Shown: piece after piece, positions 25,760-36,955 of the stretch
Position numbering within the stretch: the first letter of the stretch is position 1
Layout: every line of letters begins with the position of its first letter
Source of the DNA: a candidate division WS6 bacterium GW2011_GWF2_39_15
GTDB lineage: Bacteria > Patescibacteriota > Dojkabacteria > SC72
Length of the DNA: 64,000 bases
NCBI GenBank assembly: GCA_000993565.1
Contig: LBWK01000001.1
Location: 4,695 to 68,694 of the forward strand
Direction of reading: 5' to 3'
Notes under the pieces: generated by a model
Told to the model about the DNA's origin: nothing
The model's database searches: none
The model's input: only the letters and a program-made list of their open reading frames with translations
Made by a program: the position numbers and the translations under genes

Positions 25760-28651
25760 ATGGGAAAACTTAGAGACGTAAACCAGAGGCAGGATTTTGT
25801 ACAGATGGAAAATGATCTGCTTAAGTGGTGGGACGAAAAGGGTACTGTCCAAAAGTATATGCACAAGAACAATGGGAAAGAGAAAAGATTCAGTTTTATA
25901 GATGGTCCAATAACCGCAAACAATCCCATGGGACTTCACCATGCATGGGCTAGAACATATAAAGACCTAGTATGTAGGTATAAGGGGATGAAAGGATTTG
26001 ATCAAAGATATCAGATGGGATTTGACTGTCAGGGTTTATGGGTGGAGGTAGAAGTTGAAAAGGCACTAGGATTTAACAGCAAGAAGGATATTTATGATTA
26101 TGGACTTGGAAATTTTACGGATGCATGTGTGGCACGTGTGAATAAGTACTCGGCTATACAGACAGAGCAATCTAAAAGACTTGGTATGTTTATGGACTGG
26201 GAAAACTCATACTACACAATGTCTAAAGAAAACAATCTTTATATATGGAACTTCCTAAAGAAATGTCATGAAAAAGGTCTTCTATATAAGAATCATTCTG
26301 CTACAACCTGGTGTCCGCGGTGCGAGACAGGTCTTTCTGAACATGAGAAGGCCGACGGATATAAAGAGATTGAAGATACCTCTGTTTATGTAAAGTTTAG
26401 GATATTAGGAAGGGAAAATGAGTATCTTCTTGCATGGACCACAACACCTTGGACTCTTTCCGCCAATGTTCTACTAGCCGTTAATCCTAAACTTGAGTAT
26501 GTTAAGGCCATTAAAGAAGGTGTTACTTATTACCTTGCTTCAAAACCATCACGGAAGCTTGGCTTTAGTGAGGCCGAAAAGGTTGATGTAAAAGAGCTTC
26601 TGGATATGAAGTATGAGTCGCTTTATGATATTCCTGCCCAAAAGGGAGTTGACCATTATGTTGTTAAGTGGGAGTTGGTGTCAGAAGACGATGGTACAGG
26701 TATAGTTCATATAGCACCGGGATGTGGACAGGAAGACTACGAATTGGGATTAGAAGTAGGAGCTCCGGCTATATCTCCTCTTGATGAGTCAGGAAAGTAT
26801 ACTGAGGGCTATGGCGATTTAACTGGTAAATACGCTCATGATGTGAAAGATGAGGTCTTTGAGTATTTGAAGTCAAAGGACCTTCTCTTTAAAACGGAGA
26901 ACTTTAAACATGTTTATCCTCACTGTTGGAGGTGTAAAACAAAGTGTCTCTTTAGACTTGAGAATAACTGGTTTATAAATCTGGATAAGATAAGAGAGGA
27001 ACTGAAAAAGGAGGCTGAAAAAGCCGATTGGGTGCCTGATTATGCAGGTAAGAGGATGCAGGACTGGTTGAAGAATATGGGGGACTGGATGATATCACGA
27101 AAAAGGTTCTATGGACTTTCGCTACCTTTCTATGAATGTGACTGCGGTGAACTTACCGTAGTAGGAGGGCTTGAAGATCTCAAGAAAGTGGCAGTAGACC
27201 CTTCAAAAGTGGATAATCTTAAAAGTATCCATAGACCATGGGTTGATGAGATAGAGATCAAGTGTCCAAAGTGCGGAAAGGATGTGTCAAGAGTTTCAGA
27301 TGTGGGTGACTGCTGGCTTGATGCAGGAGTTGTGCCGTTCTCAACGCTTAAGTATCTGGAAGACAAGAGTTACTGGGAGAAGTGGTTCCCTGCTGATTAT
27401 GTTACTGAGATGATAGAACAGGTCCGCCTCTGGTTCTATTCTATGCTTGTTTTTGGTGTTGTTATGGAAGGAAAAGTCCCATATAAAAAGGTCTTAACTT
27501 TTGCCGAGATGCGGGATGAGAGCAACGATAAGATGAGTAAAACGAAGAAGAACTATATACCGTTTGATGAAGCTGCTGACAAAGTGGGTTCCGATCTTAT
27601 TCGTTGGAACTTTGCCTTATCTCCATATGGAAAGAATGTAAGATTTGGGTGGAGTGTTATAGAAGATGCAAGGAGGCAGTTTATGCTTCCTTTATGGAAC
27701 TCGTATGTATACTTTGTGACATATGCCAAACTGCATAACTGGGAGTATGATAAAAGCTTTGATGAGAATAAGCTTAGCGATCTAATGGATAGATGGGTTG
27801 TTAATGCAACAAAAAATGTCGCAATAGAAGTTAATAGTGCTATGGATAATTACAGCTTCTATACGGCTGCTACAAGGCTTCAGGACTATGTTATGGACCT
27901 TTCCACCTGGTACATACGAAGATCCAGAGATAGATTTAAAGGAGGAAATCCTGATGCACTTAATACCCTGTATTACGCCCTTGTCTCTCTCGTAAAGCTT
28001 CTGGCTCCTTTTATGCCGTTTATCACTGAGGAGATGTATCAAAACCTCGTTATAGGGGCTGATGGAGATAATGCGAAAGAGTCGGTTCATCTTGAGGATT
28101 ACCCAGAGTTTACGGAGGCTGATCTTGATCTCAAAGTTCTGGAAACAATGGAGAAAGTTAGAAAGCTATCCTCCATTGGCCTTAAAATAAGAGATGAGAA
28201 GAAAATAAAATTGAGACAGCCACTTGGTCTTGCCTATACTAATTTGAAAGAAGAACAGTACCTTCCAATTCTTCAGTCTGAGTTGAATGTATCTGAAGTC
28301 AAATATACCGAGAAAGAAGTTGCAGGTGATAACCTTACCACATTGAAAGATGGCCTTGATTTTATAACACTGAGTACTGAGCTCACTAAGGAACTTAAAC
28401 AAGCCGGACTATATAGAGAAGTTGCGAGAGCAGTTCAAAATCTTCGGAAAGAAGCTGGATTGGTTGTAGGGCAGAAAGTTCGTGTTCTGTTAAATACACA
28501 ATCGGATCTTCTCAAATCTGTGGTTTCTGATAATATTGATAAGCTAGCAACTGATGTTGGAGCCACAAGTGTAAAATTGGAGGATAGCTTAGATAACGCA
28601 ATGTTAACTGTTGTGGAGAGTCAGGAGCTGGCTGTTAAATTTGAGAAGTAA
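25760..28651 (+). CDS. ileS: Isoleucyl-tRNA synthetase
   Basis: HIGH-region PITANNPMGLHH, KMSKS as KMSKTKKN, editing (CP1) domain, and Zn-finger cysteines (CWRC...C, CPKCG). Confidence 0.9.
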   Translation: MGKLRDVNQRQDFVQMENDLLKWWDEKGTVQKYMHKNNGKEKRFSFIDGPITANNPMGLHHAWARTYKDLVCRYKGMKGFDQRYQMGFDCQGLWVEVEVEKALGFNSKKDIYDYGLGNFTDACVARVNKYSAIQTEQSKRLGMFMDWENSYYTMSKENNLYIWNFLKKCHEKGLLYKNHSATTWCPRCETGLSEHEKADGYKEIEDTSVYVKFRILGRENEYLLAWTTTPWTLSANVLLAVNPKLEYVKAIKEGVTYYLASKPSRKLGFSEAEKVDVKELLDMKYESLYDIPAQKGVDHYVVKWELVSEDDGTGIVHIAPGCGQEDYELGLEVGAPAISPLDESGKYTEGYGDLTGKYAHDVKDEVFEYLKSKDLLFKTENFKHVYPHCWRCKTKCLFRLENNWFINLDKIREELKKEAEKADWVPDYAGKRMQDWLKNMGDWMISRKRFYGLSLPFYECDCGELTVVGGLEDLKKVAVDPSKVDNLKSIHRPWVDEIEIKCPKCGKDVSRVSDVGDCWLDAGVVPFSTLKYLEDKSYWEKWFPADYVTEMIEQVRLWFYSMLVFGVVMEGKVPYKKVLTFAEMRDESNDKMSKTKKNYIPFDEAADKVGSDLIRWNFALSPYGKNVRFGWSVIEDARRQFMLPLWNSYVYFVTYAKLHNWEYDKSFDENKLSDLMDRWVVNATKNVAIEVNSAMDNYSFYTAATRLQDYVMDLSTWYIRRSRDRFKGGNPDALNTLYYALVSLVKLLAPFMPFITEEMYQNLVIGADGDNAKESVHLEDYPEFTEADLDLKVLETMEKVRKLSSIGLKIRDEKKIKLRQPLGLAYTNLKEEQYLPILQSELNVSEVKYTEKEVAGDNLTTLKDGLDFITLSTELTKELKQAGLYREVARAVQNLRKEAGLVVGQKVRVLLNTQSDLLKSVVSDNIDKLATDVGATSVKLEDSLDNAMLTVVESQELAVKFEK

Positions 28652-28656
28652 CTTAA

Positions 28657-28935
28657 ATGCAAAGAGGAGTGTTAAAGCTTAACTTGATTGAGCTTAAAGA
28701 GTTGTTGAATGTTTTTGATGTGAACGTACATAGTGACATGCATCTATCGGATAAACTGTTAGCTGGTTTGAGATCCGGCATGGATCCTGTTGGGATTGAA
28801 GTCTCTGAGGATGAATTGGAAACACTAAGTGATGAGCTTGGAGGGCCTCAGTCTAGTGATACTACTGAAATGAAGGGTGTCAGAGAAAAAATATCTCTAT
28901 TGATGTCTCAGTTCAGGAATACTTTTGGAGTTTAA
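28657..28935 (+). CDS. Hypothetical small acidic protein
   Basis: ORF only; weak RBS; no recognisable motif. Confidence 0.3.
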   Translation: MQRGVLKLNLIELKELLNVFDVNVHSDMHLSDKLLAGLRSGMDPVGIEVSEDELETLSDELGGPQSSDTTEMKGVREKISLLMSQFRNTFGV

Positions 28936-29444
28936 ACTGTTTTCAGACCGGTTGCTTTCTCAAATCGAACCATTGCGTGTGGCATGTCACTATCGGAAGA
29001 AACAGCAAGTTCTGCTACAATATTGTCAATTGAATTCTTGATATGCTTATCAATGCTTACAGGTATTAGTCTACCCTCTGCATCCCTTTGCTTCTTGATA
29101 TTGTTACAATATTGAATGATTTGGACATAAGCATCAATGTCACCTTTAGACTCTAACTCTCCAAGTATTTCCATTAATTCATTGAAATCTTTAGCTTTTG
29201 GCTTAAGGGATTTCTTCTTTTTCAGTATTGAAATCCGCTTGATAATCTCTCTCTCTTTGTGAACCTCTCTTATGCCCAGTTTATCTATGTTCATAATGGG
29301 GGCTGATATTGTTAGAGGGGAGTTAATGAATTGGAATTCGTAATATTCCTTCTGTTCACCACCAAATTCGATTACCTTTTGAGATTTGACCCATCCCGCT
29401 CCATGAGAAGGGTAGAATACTTTTGATTGGAGCTTTAATTCCAT
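28932..29444 (-). CDS. CarD/CdnL family RNA-polymerase-binding transcription factor
   Basis: N-terminal VFYPSHGAGWVKSQKVIEFGGEQKEYYEF matches the CarD_CdnL_TRCF RNAP-interaction domain. Confidence 0.65.
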   Translation of the reverse strand: MELKLQSKVFYPSHGAGWVKSQKVIEFGGEQKEYYEFQFINSPLTISAPIMNIDKLGIREVHKEREIIKRISILKKKKSLKPKAKDFNELMEILGELESKGDIDAYVQIIQYCNNIKKQRDAEGRLIPVSIDKHIKNSIDNIVAELAVSSDSDMPHAMVRFEKATGLKTV

Positions 29445-29491
29445 GAAATATGCTTAAAAGCGTATATTAATTTCTTTTTCATTATACCATT

Positions 29492-30058
29492 TTATACGAC
29501 TAGAGTCGAACGAGCGAACTCAGATTCTGCTTCTACATTTTTATTTACTAGCAAGTGACTATAAATCTCTCCACGAGGTTTTATATTTTCCTTTATAGTT
29601 TTCCCATCAAGTAGGCCGTTTCGACCCGTTTCAACTAAGTCCCAGTGATTTCGCTCTAGGTAAATGATACCAAGAGGTTCGTCTATATTGATTGGTAGAG
29701 ATAGAACAAATTTAGTATTGCCCAAACTAACTCCTAATAATTCAAGTTTACCGAGCTCATCAGAATACTGTTCATAAAAAATTGCCAGAGATGCTTCATT
29801 AAGAGTCTTAGTGTCTGAAAGTTTAAGTAGAGCCCTAAAATTGGGGAATAAACCAGGGTTTCCTTTTCTTGAGGCTAGTGAGAAGAGCTTTTTAAGAAGA
29901 TGCACAGCTGTCCTGTCAGCCTGTCCTTGATTCGTGAGAATTTTCCTTTCATCAGCTCCTTCCATCAACTCTCTAAGTGGTTCCCTAATTAAGTTCAAGG
30001 TAGGGATATTTTGCGATAAGATTTCTTTATCTTTATATACTGTGCTTTGCGGAGCCAT
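29492..30058 (-). CDS. Hypothetical protein
   Basis: ORF only. Confidence 0.35.
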   Translation of the reverse strand: MAPQSTVYKDKEILSQNIPTLNLIREPLRELMEGADERKILTNQGQADRTAVHLLKKLFSLASRKGNPGLFPNFRALLKLSDTKTLNEASLAIFYEQYSDELGKLELLGVSLGNTKFVLSLPINIDEPLGIIYLERNHWDLVETGRNGLLDGKTIKENIKPRGEIYSHLLVNKNVEAESEFARSTLVV

Positions 30059-30069
30059 TTCTATTTTCT

Positions 30070-31125
30070 CTATAAGTTATTTACCCATCTGTACCAAAAA
30101 GAAGATCCCTTTTTCTCTTCACCGTTATTATACCTGAAGCCAACAGTTTCAAAAAGCTCATTAGAAGTTGGTGAATCTCCATCTTTCCAATCAGTAATAT
30201 CATTCATGTACAGCCAGTTCACAAACTCTATGTATGTACTGCTCTTTTCAATAAAAGATTTTAGTATTTTCATATACTCCAGCTGTTCATTTTCTGACCA
30301 GCTGTATCCTTGTTCAGTCAGAGTTTTAAGCTTTCCACCAAACTGTTTTCGTGTCGGCCATGCCGTTTCTGTTATAGCAAAGGATTTATCTGTATACAAA
30401 GCTAAATCTGTGAGATACGAAGAGGGGATGTCTTTCGGGTCTTTATAATCAAAGTATGGGAAAACAGTAAAAGCTACAAAGTCAACATGCTTCTCGACTT
30501 CATGGACAAGTTTTAGGTTGAAACTACGCTTGTCTGAGTCTCCCATTAAATAACCATCACCTCTAAGGGCATCATACTGTATTGTTGTAAAAACTTTAAT
30601 ATCCTTATTCTTTCTCTTTACATATTGAGTCATTTCATCAAGAACAGTGTACAACTCTGATATGTCGTGATCTTCAGAGAGTTGAATAATGTTTATCTCA
30701 TTGCCGATTCCTAAGTATTTGATGTTAGAATGGTCTTTTATAATTAGATCAATCTGTTTTTTCAGGTCATCTTTTTTTCCTATCCAGTCAGAAGGATCCT
30801 GATATCCTAATAGGATTTCTTTGGGTTGTTGTGTAGCATTTGAGAGGTTTGAAATAGTATCTTTGTCCTTCCAGTTAACGTGGATCCCATATAGATTTGC
30901 ATATGAGGGGAGAGTTTCCCAGTATTTCTGAATATCTGCAATGGACTGTTTGGGAAAATTTGGAGGTATGTAACCGGATACTCCGAGGTAATATTTTGGT
31001 TCTTCACTTTTGCGACTATCAGAAGGATCACTCGTTCCTTTTAGGATGTAAAAGATGGAAATGATAATGATAGCAGGAAGAGCAATTAAAAGAACAGTTA
31101 GAGCATTCCTGATAAAGATTTTCAT
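30070..31125 (-). CDS. Membrane-anchored clan GH-A (TIM-barrel) glycoside hydrolase (GH5/GH53-like)
   Basis: N-terminal TM; candidate acid/base LGIGNEIN and nucleophile AITETAWP motifs. Confidence 0.5.
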   Translation of the reverse strand: MKIFIRNALTVLLIALPAIIIISIFYILKGTSDPSDSRKSEEPKYYLGVSGYIPPNFPKQSIADIQKYWETLPSYANLYGIHVNWKDKDTISNLSNATQQPKEILLGYQDPSDWIGKKDDLKKQIDLIIKDHSNIKYLGIGNEINIIQLSEDHDISELYTVLDEMTQYVKRKNKDIKVFTTIQYDALRGDGYLMGDSDKRSFNLKLVHEVEKHVDFVAFTVFPYFDYKDPKDIPSSYLTDLALYTDKSFAITETAWPTRKQFGGKLKTLTEQGYSWSENEQLEYMKILKSFIEKSSTYIEFVNWLYMNDITDWKDGDSPTSNELFETVGFRYNNGEEKKGSSFWYRWVNNL

Positions 31126-31170
31126 AGGTAAAGGATACTCGCTAGTAAAGAGTTGTGCAATACTAAAGGC

Positions 31171-32271
31171 CTACTTCGATTCCCACTTGAAAACTTTAGC
31201 TGTCGCTGCATATACAACAATCATCCAGATGAGTAATACACCGAGTTCGGGGAGTACTTCTGAAAATTTAGCCCCTTCAAATGCAATTGCACGTAGTGCA
31301 TTATTCATATGCGTAAGAGGGAGGATGTTAGCTATCGGTTGAAGCCACTGCGGGAACATCTCAATCGGGAAGAAGGTTCCTGAGAGGAGAAATTGGGGGA
31401 GAGTGAAGAGGTTTGCAATAGTCGGTACAGAATTCTGGTCCTTAGCTACTGAGGAAATAAATAATCCGATACCCAAGAATACGAACAATCCGGAAATGGA
31501 GATAACAAGCATTTGAAGGAAGGTAGGAATCCCGTGTATGAGTGTAAAACCAAAGAAGAAGTATCCAACAGCGATAATGACGGCCGCTTGAACTGTTGAA
31601 TATACGAGCCTGCTGATCCCTTCTGCTACTAGAATATTGGATTTAGCGATTGGAGTTGCGAAGAACCGTTTGAGCACAAGTGTGTCACGGAGTGATATAA
31701 GAGCAAAAGCAGTTCCGAAAACCCCTGCACTTAAGAGAGCAAATCCTAGTTGTCCAGGAAGTATGAAGTCAATTTGTTTATACTTTCTCCCGGATATCTC
31801 ATCCTGTAATACCGATACAGGTAATCGGCTTTTGTCTACACTTTCAAGATTTATCGTATTTGCAATTCCTGTAACCACTGAGGTTAATAACCCTCCTTGC
31901 TCTGGAGATGCTTTGCTCGTTGTAAGGTTAAGTATAAATTGAGAAGCTTTTGTCTTTATATCTAGAATCCCAGCCAAATTGCCCTTCTTAAGATCTTCCT
32001 GAGCTTCTTTATATGAGTCGTATTCTTTCAGCTCAAAACTGTCTATTTTTTCAATAACTTTATAAACTGGGGAACTTTTATCACTATCTCTTGTGATGTA
32101 TATCTCGAGTTTTCCACCGTTTCCGCCGATAAGTCCGAATATAACAATAAATATAAGGGGAAATATTAATCCGAAAACAATGGATTCAGGGGTTTTAAGC
32201 ATGGATGTAAGACTAGCTTTGGTAAGAGCTTTAATTGCTTTTAGTTGTCTTTTCATACTGTAGCTACTCAT
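31171..32271 (-). CDS. ABC-2 family transporter permease
   Basis: Six predicted TM helices and the ABC-2 topology. Adjacent ATPase gene overlaps it. Confidence 0.7.
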   Translation of the reverse strand: MSSYSMKRQLKAIKALTKASLTSMLKTPESIVFGLIFPLIFIVIFGLIGGNGGKLEIYITRDSDKSSPVYKVIEKIDSFELKEYDSYKEAQEDLKKGNLAGILDIKTKASQFILNLTTSKASPEQGGLLTSVVTGIANTINLESVDKSRLPVSVLQDEISGRKYKQIDFILPGQLGFALLSAGVFGTAFALISLRDTLVLKRFFATPIAKSNILVAEGISRLVYSTVQAAVIIAVGYFFFGFTLIHGIPTFLQMLVISISGLFVFLGIGLFISSVAKDQNSVPTIANLFTLPQFLLSGTFFPIEMFPQWLQPIANILPLTHMNNALRAIAFEGAKFSEVLPELGVLLIWMIVVYAATAKVFKWESK

Positions 32272-33028
32272 CTCTAAGTTCTTTTCCTGTTAAGTTAATA
32301 AAGACATCTTCCAAGTTTGCTTCTTTGGTTCTTTTGTGGCCTTTAAATCCAGTTTTCAGAAGCTTTTCGACTAGATTATCGGGAGAATCCAATGCTATGA
32401 TCTTTCCTTCATCCATAATTCCAACCCTATTGCATAGGAACTCTGCTTCTTCCATATAGTGTGTTGTCATGACGATTGTTGTTTCATTTTGGTTGATTTC
32501 TCGGATCAAATCCCACAAGTTTCTTCTTGCCTGCGGATCAAGTCCGGTAGTCGGTTCGTCTAAGAAGATAATTTTGGGCTTGTTAATAAGAGTTGTTGCT
32601 ATTGAAAATCGTTGTTTCTGACCTCCGGATAGCTTTGTAAAAATGGCGTTAGCTTTATCTCCTAGTCCTACCTTTTTGAGTATTGAGAGAGCTTCGATCT
32701 TCACATCATAAAGATCGGCAAATAAGTTCATGATTTGCAGCAGGGTGAGATTAGGGTAAAAGCCGGCTTCTTGCAGCTGGACTCCGATCATCTCTTTTAT
32801 TGCCGAAGGTTCTTTGTTAATGCTTTTTCCTGCTACTATCACATCTCCTTCGGTTTCATCCCTTAAAGTTTCTATTATTTCCAGTGTGGTTGTCTTTCCT
32901 GCTCCGTTTGGACCTAGAAGGCCAAATATCTCTCCCTCGTATACGTCAAAGGAAACCCCTTTTACAGCTTTGAAGCCTTTGTAATCCTTAACTATATTTT
33001 TTACCTCTATTATCTTTTTTCTACCCAT
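32264..33028 (-). CDS. ABC transporter ATP-binding protein
   Basis: Walker A GPNGAGKTT, signature LSGGQKQR, Walker B IIFLDEPT. Confidence 0.85.
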   Translation of the reverse strand: MGRKKIIEVKNIVKDYKGFKAVKGVSFDVYEGEIFGLLGPNGAGKTTTLEIIETLRDETEGDVIVAGKSINKEPSAIKEMIGVQLQEAGFYPNLTLLQIMNLFADLYDVKIEALSILKKVGLGDKANAIFTKLSGGQKQRFSIATTLINKPKIIFLDEPTTGLDPQARRNLWDLIREINQNETTIVMTTHYMEEAEFLCNRVGIMDEGKIIALDSPDNLVEKLLKTGFKGHKRTKEANLEDVFINLTGKELRDE

Positions 33029-33165
33029 ATTCTTTAGTGCGTAATCTTCATAGATTACAAAGGATAAAAAAACAAGTCAACCCTTTATAGCCTGTAACAA
33101 TAATACCTCTTGACTTATGCCTATGGGAGTATATACAGTATACTATATATATAATTAATCGGTAT

Positions 33166-33558
33166 ATGAGAGATAGCATAGTCTTTTTGATGAATGAAAG
33201 TGTCCCTGCAGGCTTTACCAGTATTGTTAGTGAAGCTGTCGGAACTCCTATGGACCTTAATGATTTATGTATTAAGCATCCTGCGGCAACGTTTTTCGTT
33301 CGGGTTGATGGATATTCAATGATTAATGCCGGTATTCATGACGGGGACATGCTTGTAGTTGATAGATCTTTGGAGCCATCAAATAATAGTATTGTTATTG
33401 CTTTATACAACGGGGGTTTTACAGTTAAGCGCCTTCTTAAAAACAGGGGGAACATCTCACTTTTCCCTGAAAATCCTAAGTATTCACCTGTTACTATTAA
33501 ACAGAGTGATGATTTTGAAGTATGGGGTGTTGTAACTTTTGTCATAAAGAAAGTATGA
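33166..33558 (+). CDS. umuD: UmuD-like S24 LexA-type peptidase domain protein (no HTH)
   Basis: Ser-Lys dyad context ([15 protein letters not shown]...FTVKRL). 130 aa. Translationally coupled (ATGA) to a Y-family polymerase gene. Confidence 0.75.
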   Translation: MRDSIVFLMNESVPAGFTSIVSEAVGTPMDLNDLCIKHPAATFFVRVDGYSMINAGIHDGDMLVVDRSLEPSNNSIVIALYNGGFTVKRLLKNRGNISLFPENPKYSPVTIKQSDDFEVWGVVTFVIKKV

Positions 33559-34811
33559 GTAAAGTATATGGATTGGTAGACTGTAACAACTTTTTTGTGT
33601 CGTGCGAACGGGTCTTTGATCCTAAGCTTAGGAATATTCCCACGGTTGTTCTTTCAAATAATGACGGATGTATCGTGGCCAGATCTCAGGAGGCAAAAGC
33701 TTTGGGTGTTAAAATGGGAGAACCTTTGTTTAAAGCCAAAGATTTCTTAAATAAGCATAATGCCGAAGTTCGATCCTCAAACTATTCCCTTTATGCCGAT
33801 ATGTCTCGCAGAGTAATGAGCGTTTTGGAAGAGATGGTGCCTGAAATAGAGATATATTCCATAGATGAAGCCTTTCTGGATTTAACGTCTTTAAGATACC
33901 GTGATCTTACAATGTATGCCAAACAGATTAAAGATAGTGTTTATCGGTGTACAGGAATTCCTGTCTCTATCGGAGTTGCAAAAACAAAAACATTAGCAAA
34001 AATTGGTAATCATATTGCGAAAAAGAACCTTACTCTCAATGGCGTAATGGATATGAATATTATGAGTGTAAAACAAATTGATGGAATTCTCAAAAATATT
34101 CCGGTAGAGGATGTTTGGGGGATAGGTTTTCGATCGTATAATAAGTTGAGAAGTATGGGGGTTGAAAGTGCGTATAATTTCAAAACACTCAATGAATCGT
34201 GGATTCGATCTCAAATGGGTATTAACGGTTGGAAAGTGCAGCAGGAGCTTGGAAACTTAGATTGCAACTTCCATCATAATGATATTCGTAAGAGCCTGGT
34301 AGTATCAAGGAGCTTTTCGGGATATATAGAGCATTTTAATGAGCTTTCGGGAGTTTTGGCTCGATTTTCTCATAGTGCAGGAGAAAGTTTAAGGGAAGAA
34401 GGTGTAGAAGCCAAATATCTGTCTGTATATATAAGGACAAACTACTATAACCAAAATCATAAACAGTATATGAATAGTATAACGGTTGAACTAGAGGAAC
34501 ATACTAACTCATCTTCTGTCATTTTGGCCGGGGTACTGCAGGGTCTAAAGAAGATCTATAAGGATGGGTTTAAATATCGTAAAGCGGGAATTTCCATTTT
34601 TGATATTAAACCGGAAGGTTACCAGCTGGGCATGTTTACCAATGCCAGAAAACTGGATCCAGTTTTTGAGGTTGTAGATTCAGTTAACCGTAAATGGAAA
34701 GGGTCTATAAAACTTGGAAGAGAGCTTTTCTCGCAAAATAAGATAAGTGCAAAAGAACTGGTCTCTCCAAACTATACCTCTAGCTGGACGGAGCTGCTTT
34801 CTGTACATTAA
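33555..34811 (+). CDS. umuC: Y-family DNA polymerase (UmuC/PolV-like); true start is ATG at 33555
   Basis: N-terminal [30 protein letters not shown], and IDEAFLDLT (the catalytic DE). The UmuC-type N-terminus and the umuD pairing argue against DinB. Confidence 0.8.
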   Translation: MSKVYGLVDCNNFFVSCERVFDPKLRNIPTVVLSNNDGCIVARSQEAKALGVKMGEPLFKAKDFLNKHNAEVRSSNYSLYADMSRRVMSVLEEMVPEIEIYSIDEAFLDLTSLRYRDLTMYAKQIKDSVYRCTGIPVSIGVAKTKTLAKIGNHIAKKNLTLNGVMDMNIMSVKQIDGILKNIPVEDVWGIGFRSYNKLRSMGVESAYNFKTLNESWIRSQMGINGWKVQQELGNLDCNFHHNDIRKSLVVSRSFSGYIEHFNELSGVLARFSHSAGESLREEGVEAKYLSVYIRTNYYNQNHKQYMNSITVELEEHTNSSSVILAGVLQGLKKIYKDGFKYRKAGISIFDIKPEGYQLGMFTNARKLDPVFEVVDSVNRKWKGSIKLGRELFSQNKISAKELVSPNYTSSWTELLSVH

Positions 34812-35844
34812 CAACCTTCTCTGTGTGTGCATATCTGAAAAGAAGAAGCCCGAGGAGTGCTGGAATCCAAAGTACTGCAAGCCGATATATAAGAATTGCC
34901 AAAATGGCTCCTGAACCCGGAATCTGGACAGAAACAGCTGCTGTTTGGGCTAACCCTTCTACAATTCCCAATCCTTGAGGGGTAGGAGATACTACAGTGA
35001 AGAGTGTGATTACACCATAAAGGGTCATGATTTTGGAAATAGGAATCAGGATATCAAAGGCGTAGAAAGAGAGAAAGAGGATTAGTACATTAATTCCATG
35101 GTACGCAAGTGAAATTGGTAATGATTGGAGAAACTTGTATATTGATTTGTCGAAACGGCTGGATAGGGTTCTTGCCTCATTAGTATAATCCTCAATAGTA
35201 CGGTCAGAAAGAAGCTCTCGTCCGATAACAGGCTTTACAATCCTATTTATTATCCTTGCGACTGTATGGGCGACATTCCCGCTGAACTTAGGAAGAATTA
35301 TAAAGAAGGCTAGGGCAAGAATAATCCCAAGTATTATTGCAAATATTACGAAAGCTGCGTACCACTGATATAATTCCAGCCTGTTTGATAAATTTAAGCT
35401 GTAAAGGGTAAATATCAAAATGGAAAGGTATGCTAGGTTTGTTGAGAGGTTTGTGACCAATAACCCGAAAACCGCTTTAATATGCGAGAGTCCTCTCTCA
35501 ACTGCATACTTTACTAAATATGCTGATCCTCCCGTTACTCCGAGAGGGTTGCTGATACTTAAAAAGTGATAAACAATTGTTTTAGTTAAAAGTTTTGGAT
35601 ACTTTGTTTCTTCTGATATTGTTTGAAAACTTTTTTGAAAAATGAAGCTATAAATAACAAAGTTACCTAGACCTAAAAGTATCGTATTTAAAAGCAAAAA
35701 GGGTTTAACCCTCTGTATAGTACTGGCCAGTGTTTGAAAATCTTCTAGATTCTGGTAGATTACCCATAGGAAGAAGATAATTATTATTCCATACATCAAA
35801 CTTTTAATAAGTTTTTTGGCTCTTTTATTCCTTTTGGTGCCCAT
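34780..35844 (-). CDS. Polytopic membrane protein, UPF0104/flippase-like (LPG_synthase_TM-like)
   Basis: Basic N-terminus followed by about 8 TM helices. Confidence 0.4.
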   Translation of the reverse strand: MGTKRNKRAKKLIKSLMYGIIIIFFLWVIYQNLEDFQTLASTIQRVKPFLLLNTILLGLGNFVIYSFIFQKSFQTISEETKYPKLLTKTIVYHFLSISNPLGVTGGSAYLVKYAVERGLSHIKAVFGLLVTNLSTNLAYLSILIFTLYSLNLSNRLELYQWYAAFVIFAIILGIILALAFFIILPKFSGNVAHTVARIINRIVKPVIGRELLSDRTIEDYTNEARTLSSRFDKSIYKFLQSLPISLAYHGINVLILFLSFYAFDILIPISKIMTLYGVITLFTVVSPTPQGLGIVEGLAQTAAVSVQIPGSGAILAILIYRLAVLWIPALLGLLLFRYAHTEKVVNVQKAAPSS

Positions 35845-35929
35845 CCTTTTGAGTATACGTAACTAGTTAAGATAGTTCAATCTAATATATACCTTATAAA
35901 CTAACTTTGGAAACTCAAGCATCTAAATC

Positions 35930-36955
35930 ATGAAAGTAACTGCAATAGGCGGAGGAACAGGAACTACAGTCGTTTTGAAAGGTCTAAAAGACTATCCCGA
36001 TGTCAGTTTGAGTGTGATAGTTTCAATGACGGACGATGGGGGGAGCAATGCTATTGTAAGGGACGAGTTTGGTCTTCTCCCTCTTAGTGATCTACGGAAA
36101 TCTATAATAGCTCTTTCCAAGAGAAATGGCGGCGATATTTTGAGGGAATTGTTTATGTACAGATTTTCTAAGGGAAAGGGATTAAGCGGTCATACATTAG
36201 GTAATTTGATAATGATTGCTCTGTCGGATATCACGGGTTCAGAAGTAAATGCGGTGAAGGCAAGCAGTGAGCTCTTTGGATTAAGGGGAACAATTATTCC
36301 TGTCACCCTTGATAAGGTAAGGCTGGTTGCAGACTATAGTAACGGAGCAAGAGTTGTTGGGGAGCATTTCATAGATGAAAGCAGTAATAAGAGCCGTCTG
36401 ACCAAGTTGAGTGTTGACGGTAAGGCACAAGCTAATCCTGAGGCTGTAAAAGCAATCTTGGAGTCCGATTATATCGTTGTTGGCCCGGGTGATCTGTATA
36501 CAAGTATTATCGCGAATATTGTGATACCGGGTGTTTCTGAGGCCTTGGAGAAGACCTCCGCAAAAATAGTATACGTTTCCAATCTAATGACTAAGATAGG
36601 AGAAACCAGAGGGTTTGGCCAAACAGATATGATTCAGGAAATTAATAGATATATTGGAAGAGATGTTGATTATGTGATGATAAATAGCGGGAAAATTCCT
36701 CATAAGATATTAAAGATATATAAAGAAGATGGCGAGGATGAGATTAAGGATGATATTAAAGATAAGGCTTTCGACAAAACGAGAGTTTTAAAACTAGATC
36801 TTCTTTCATGTGATCCGGTTCACAAGCAAAAAGGGGATCAGCTCAAAAGAAGTCTGATCCGTCACAGCTCTGAAAAATTGGGTAGAGAGCTCTACTTCCT
36901 ATTTCGTAGAAAAACAATCTCTTTTTTAAGCTGGATAGTGAGAGATATCAATTAA
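35930..36955 (+). CDS. YvcK/CofD family protein (UPF0052, gluconeogenesis factor-like)
   Basis: VTAIGGGTGTTVVLKGL...VIVSMTDDGGSNAIVRDEFG matches the YvcK/CofD N-terminal signature. Confidence 0.7.
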   Translation: MKVTAIGGGTGTTVVLKGLKDYPDVSLSVIVSMTDDGGSNAIVRDEFGLLPLSDLRKSIIALSKRNGGDILRELFMYRFSKGKGLSGHTLGNLIMIALSDITGSEVNAVKASSELFGLRGTIIPVTLDKVRLVADYSNGARVVGEHFIDESSNKSRLTKLSVDGKAQANPEAVKAILESDYIVVGPGDLYTSIIANIVIPGVSEALEKTSAKIVYVSNLMTKIGETRGFGQTDMIQEINRYIGRDVDYVMINSGKIPHKILKIYKEDGEDEIKDDIKDKAFDKTRVLKLDLLSCDPVHKQKGDQLKRSLIRHSSEKLGRELYFLFRRKTISFLSWIVRDIN

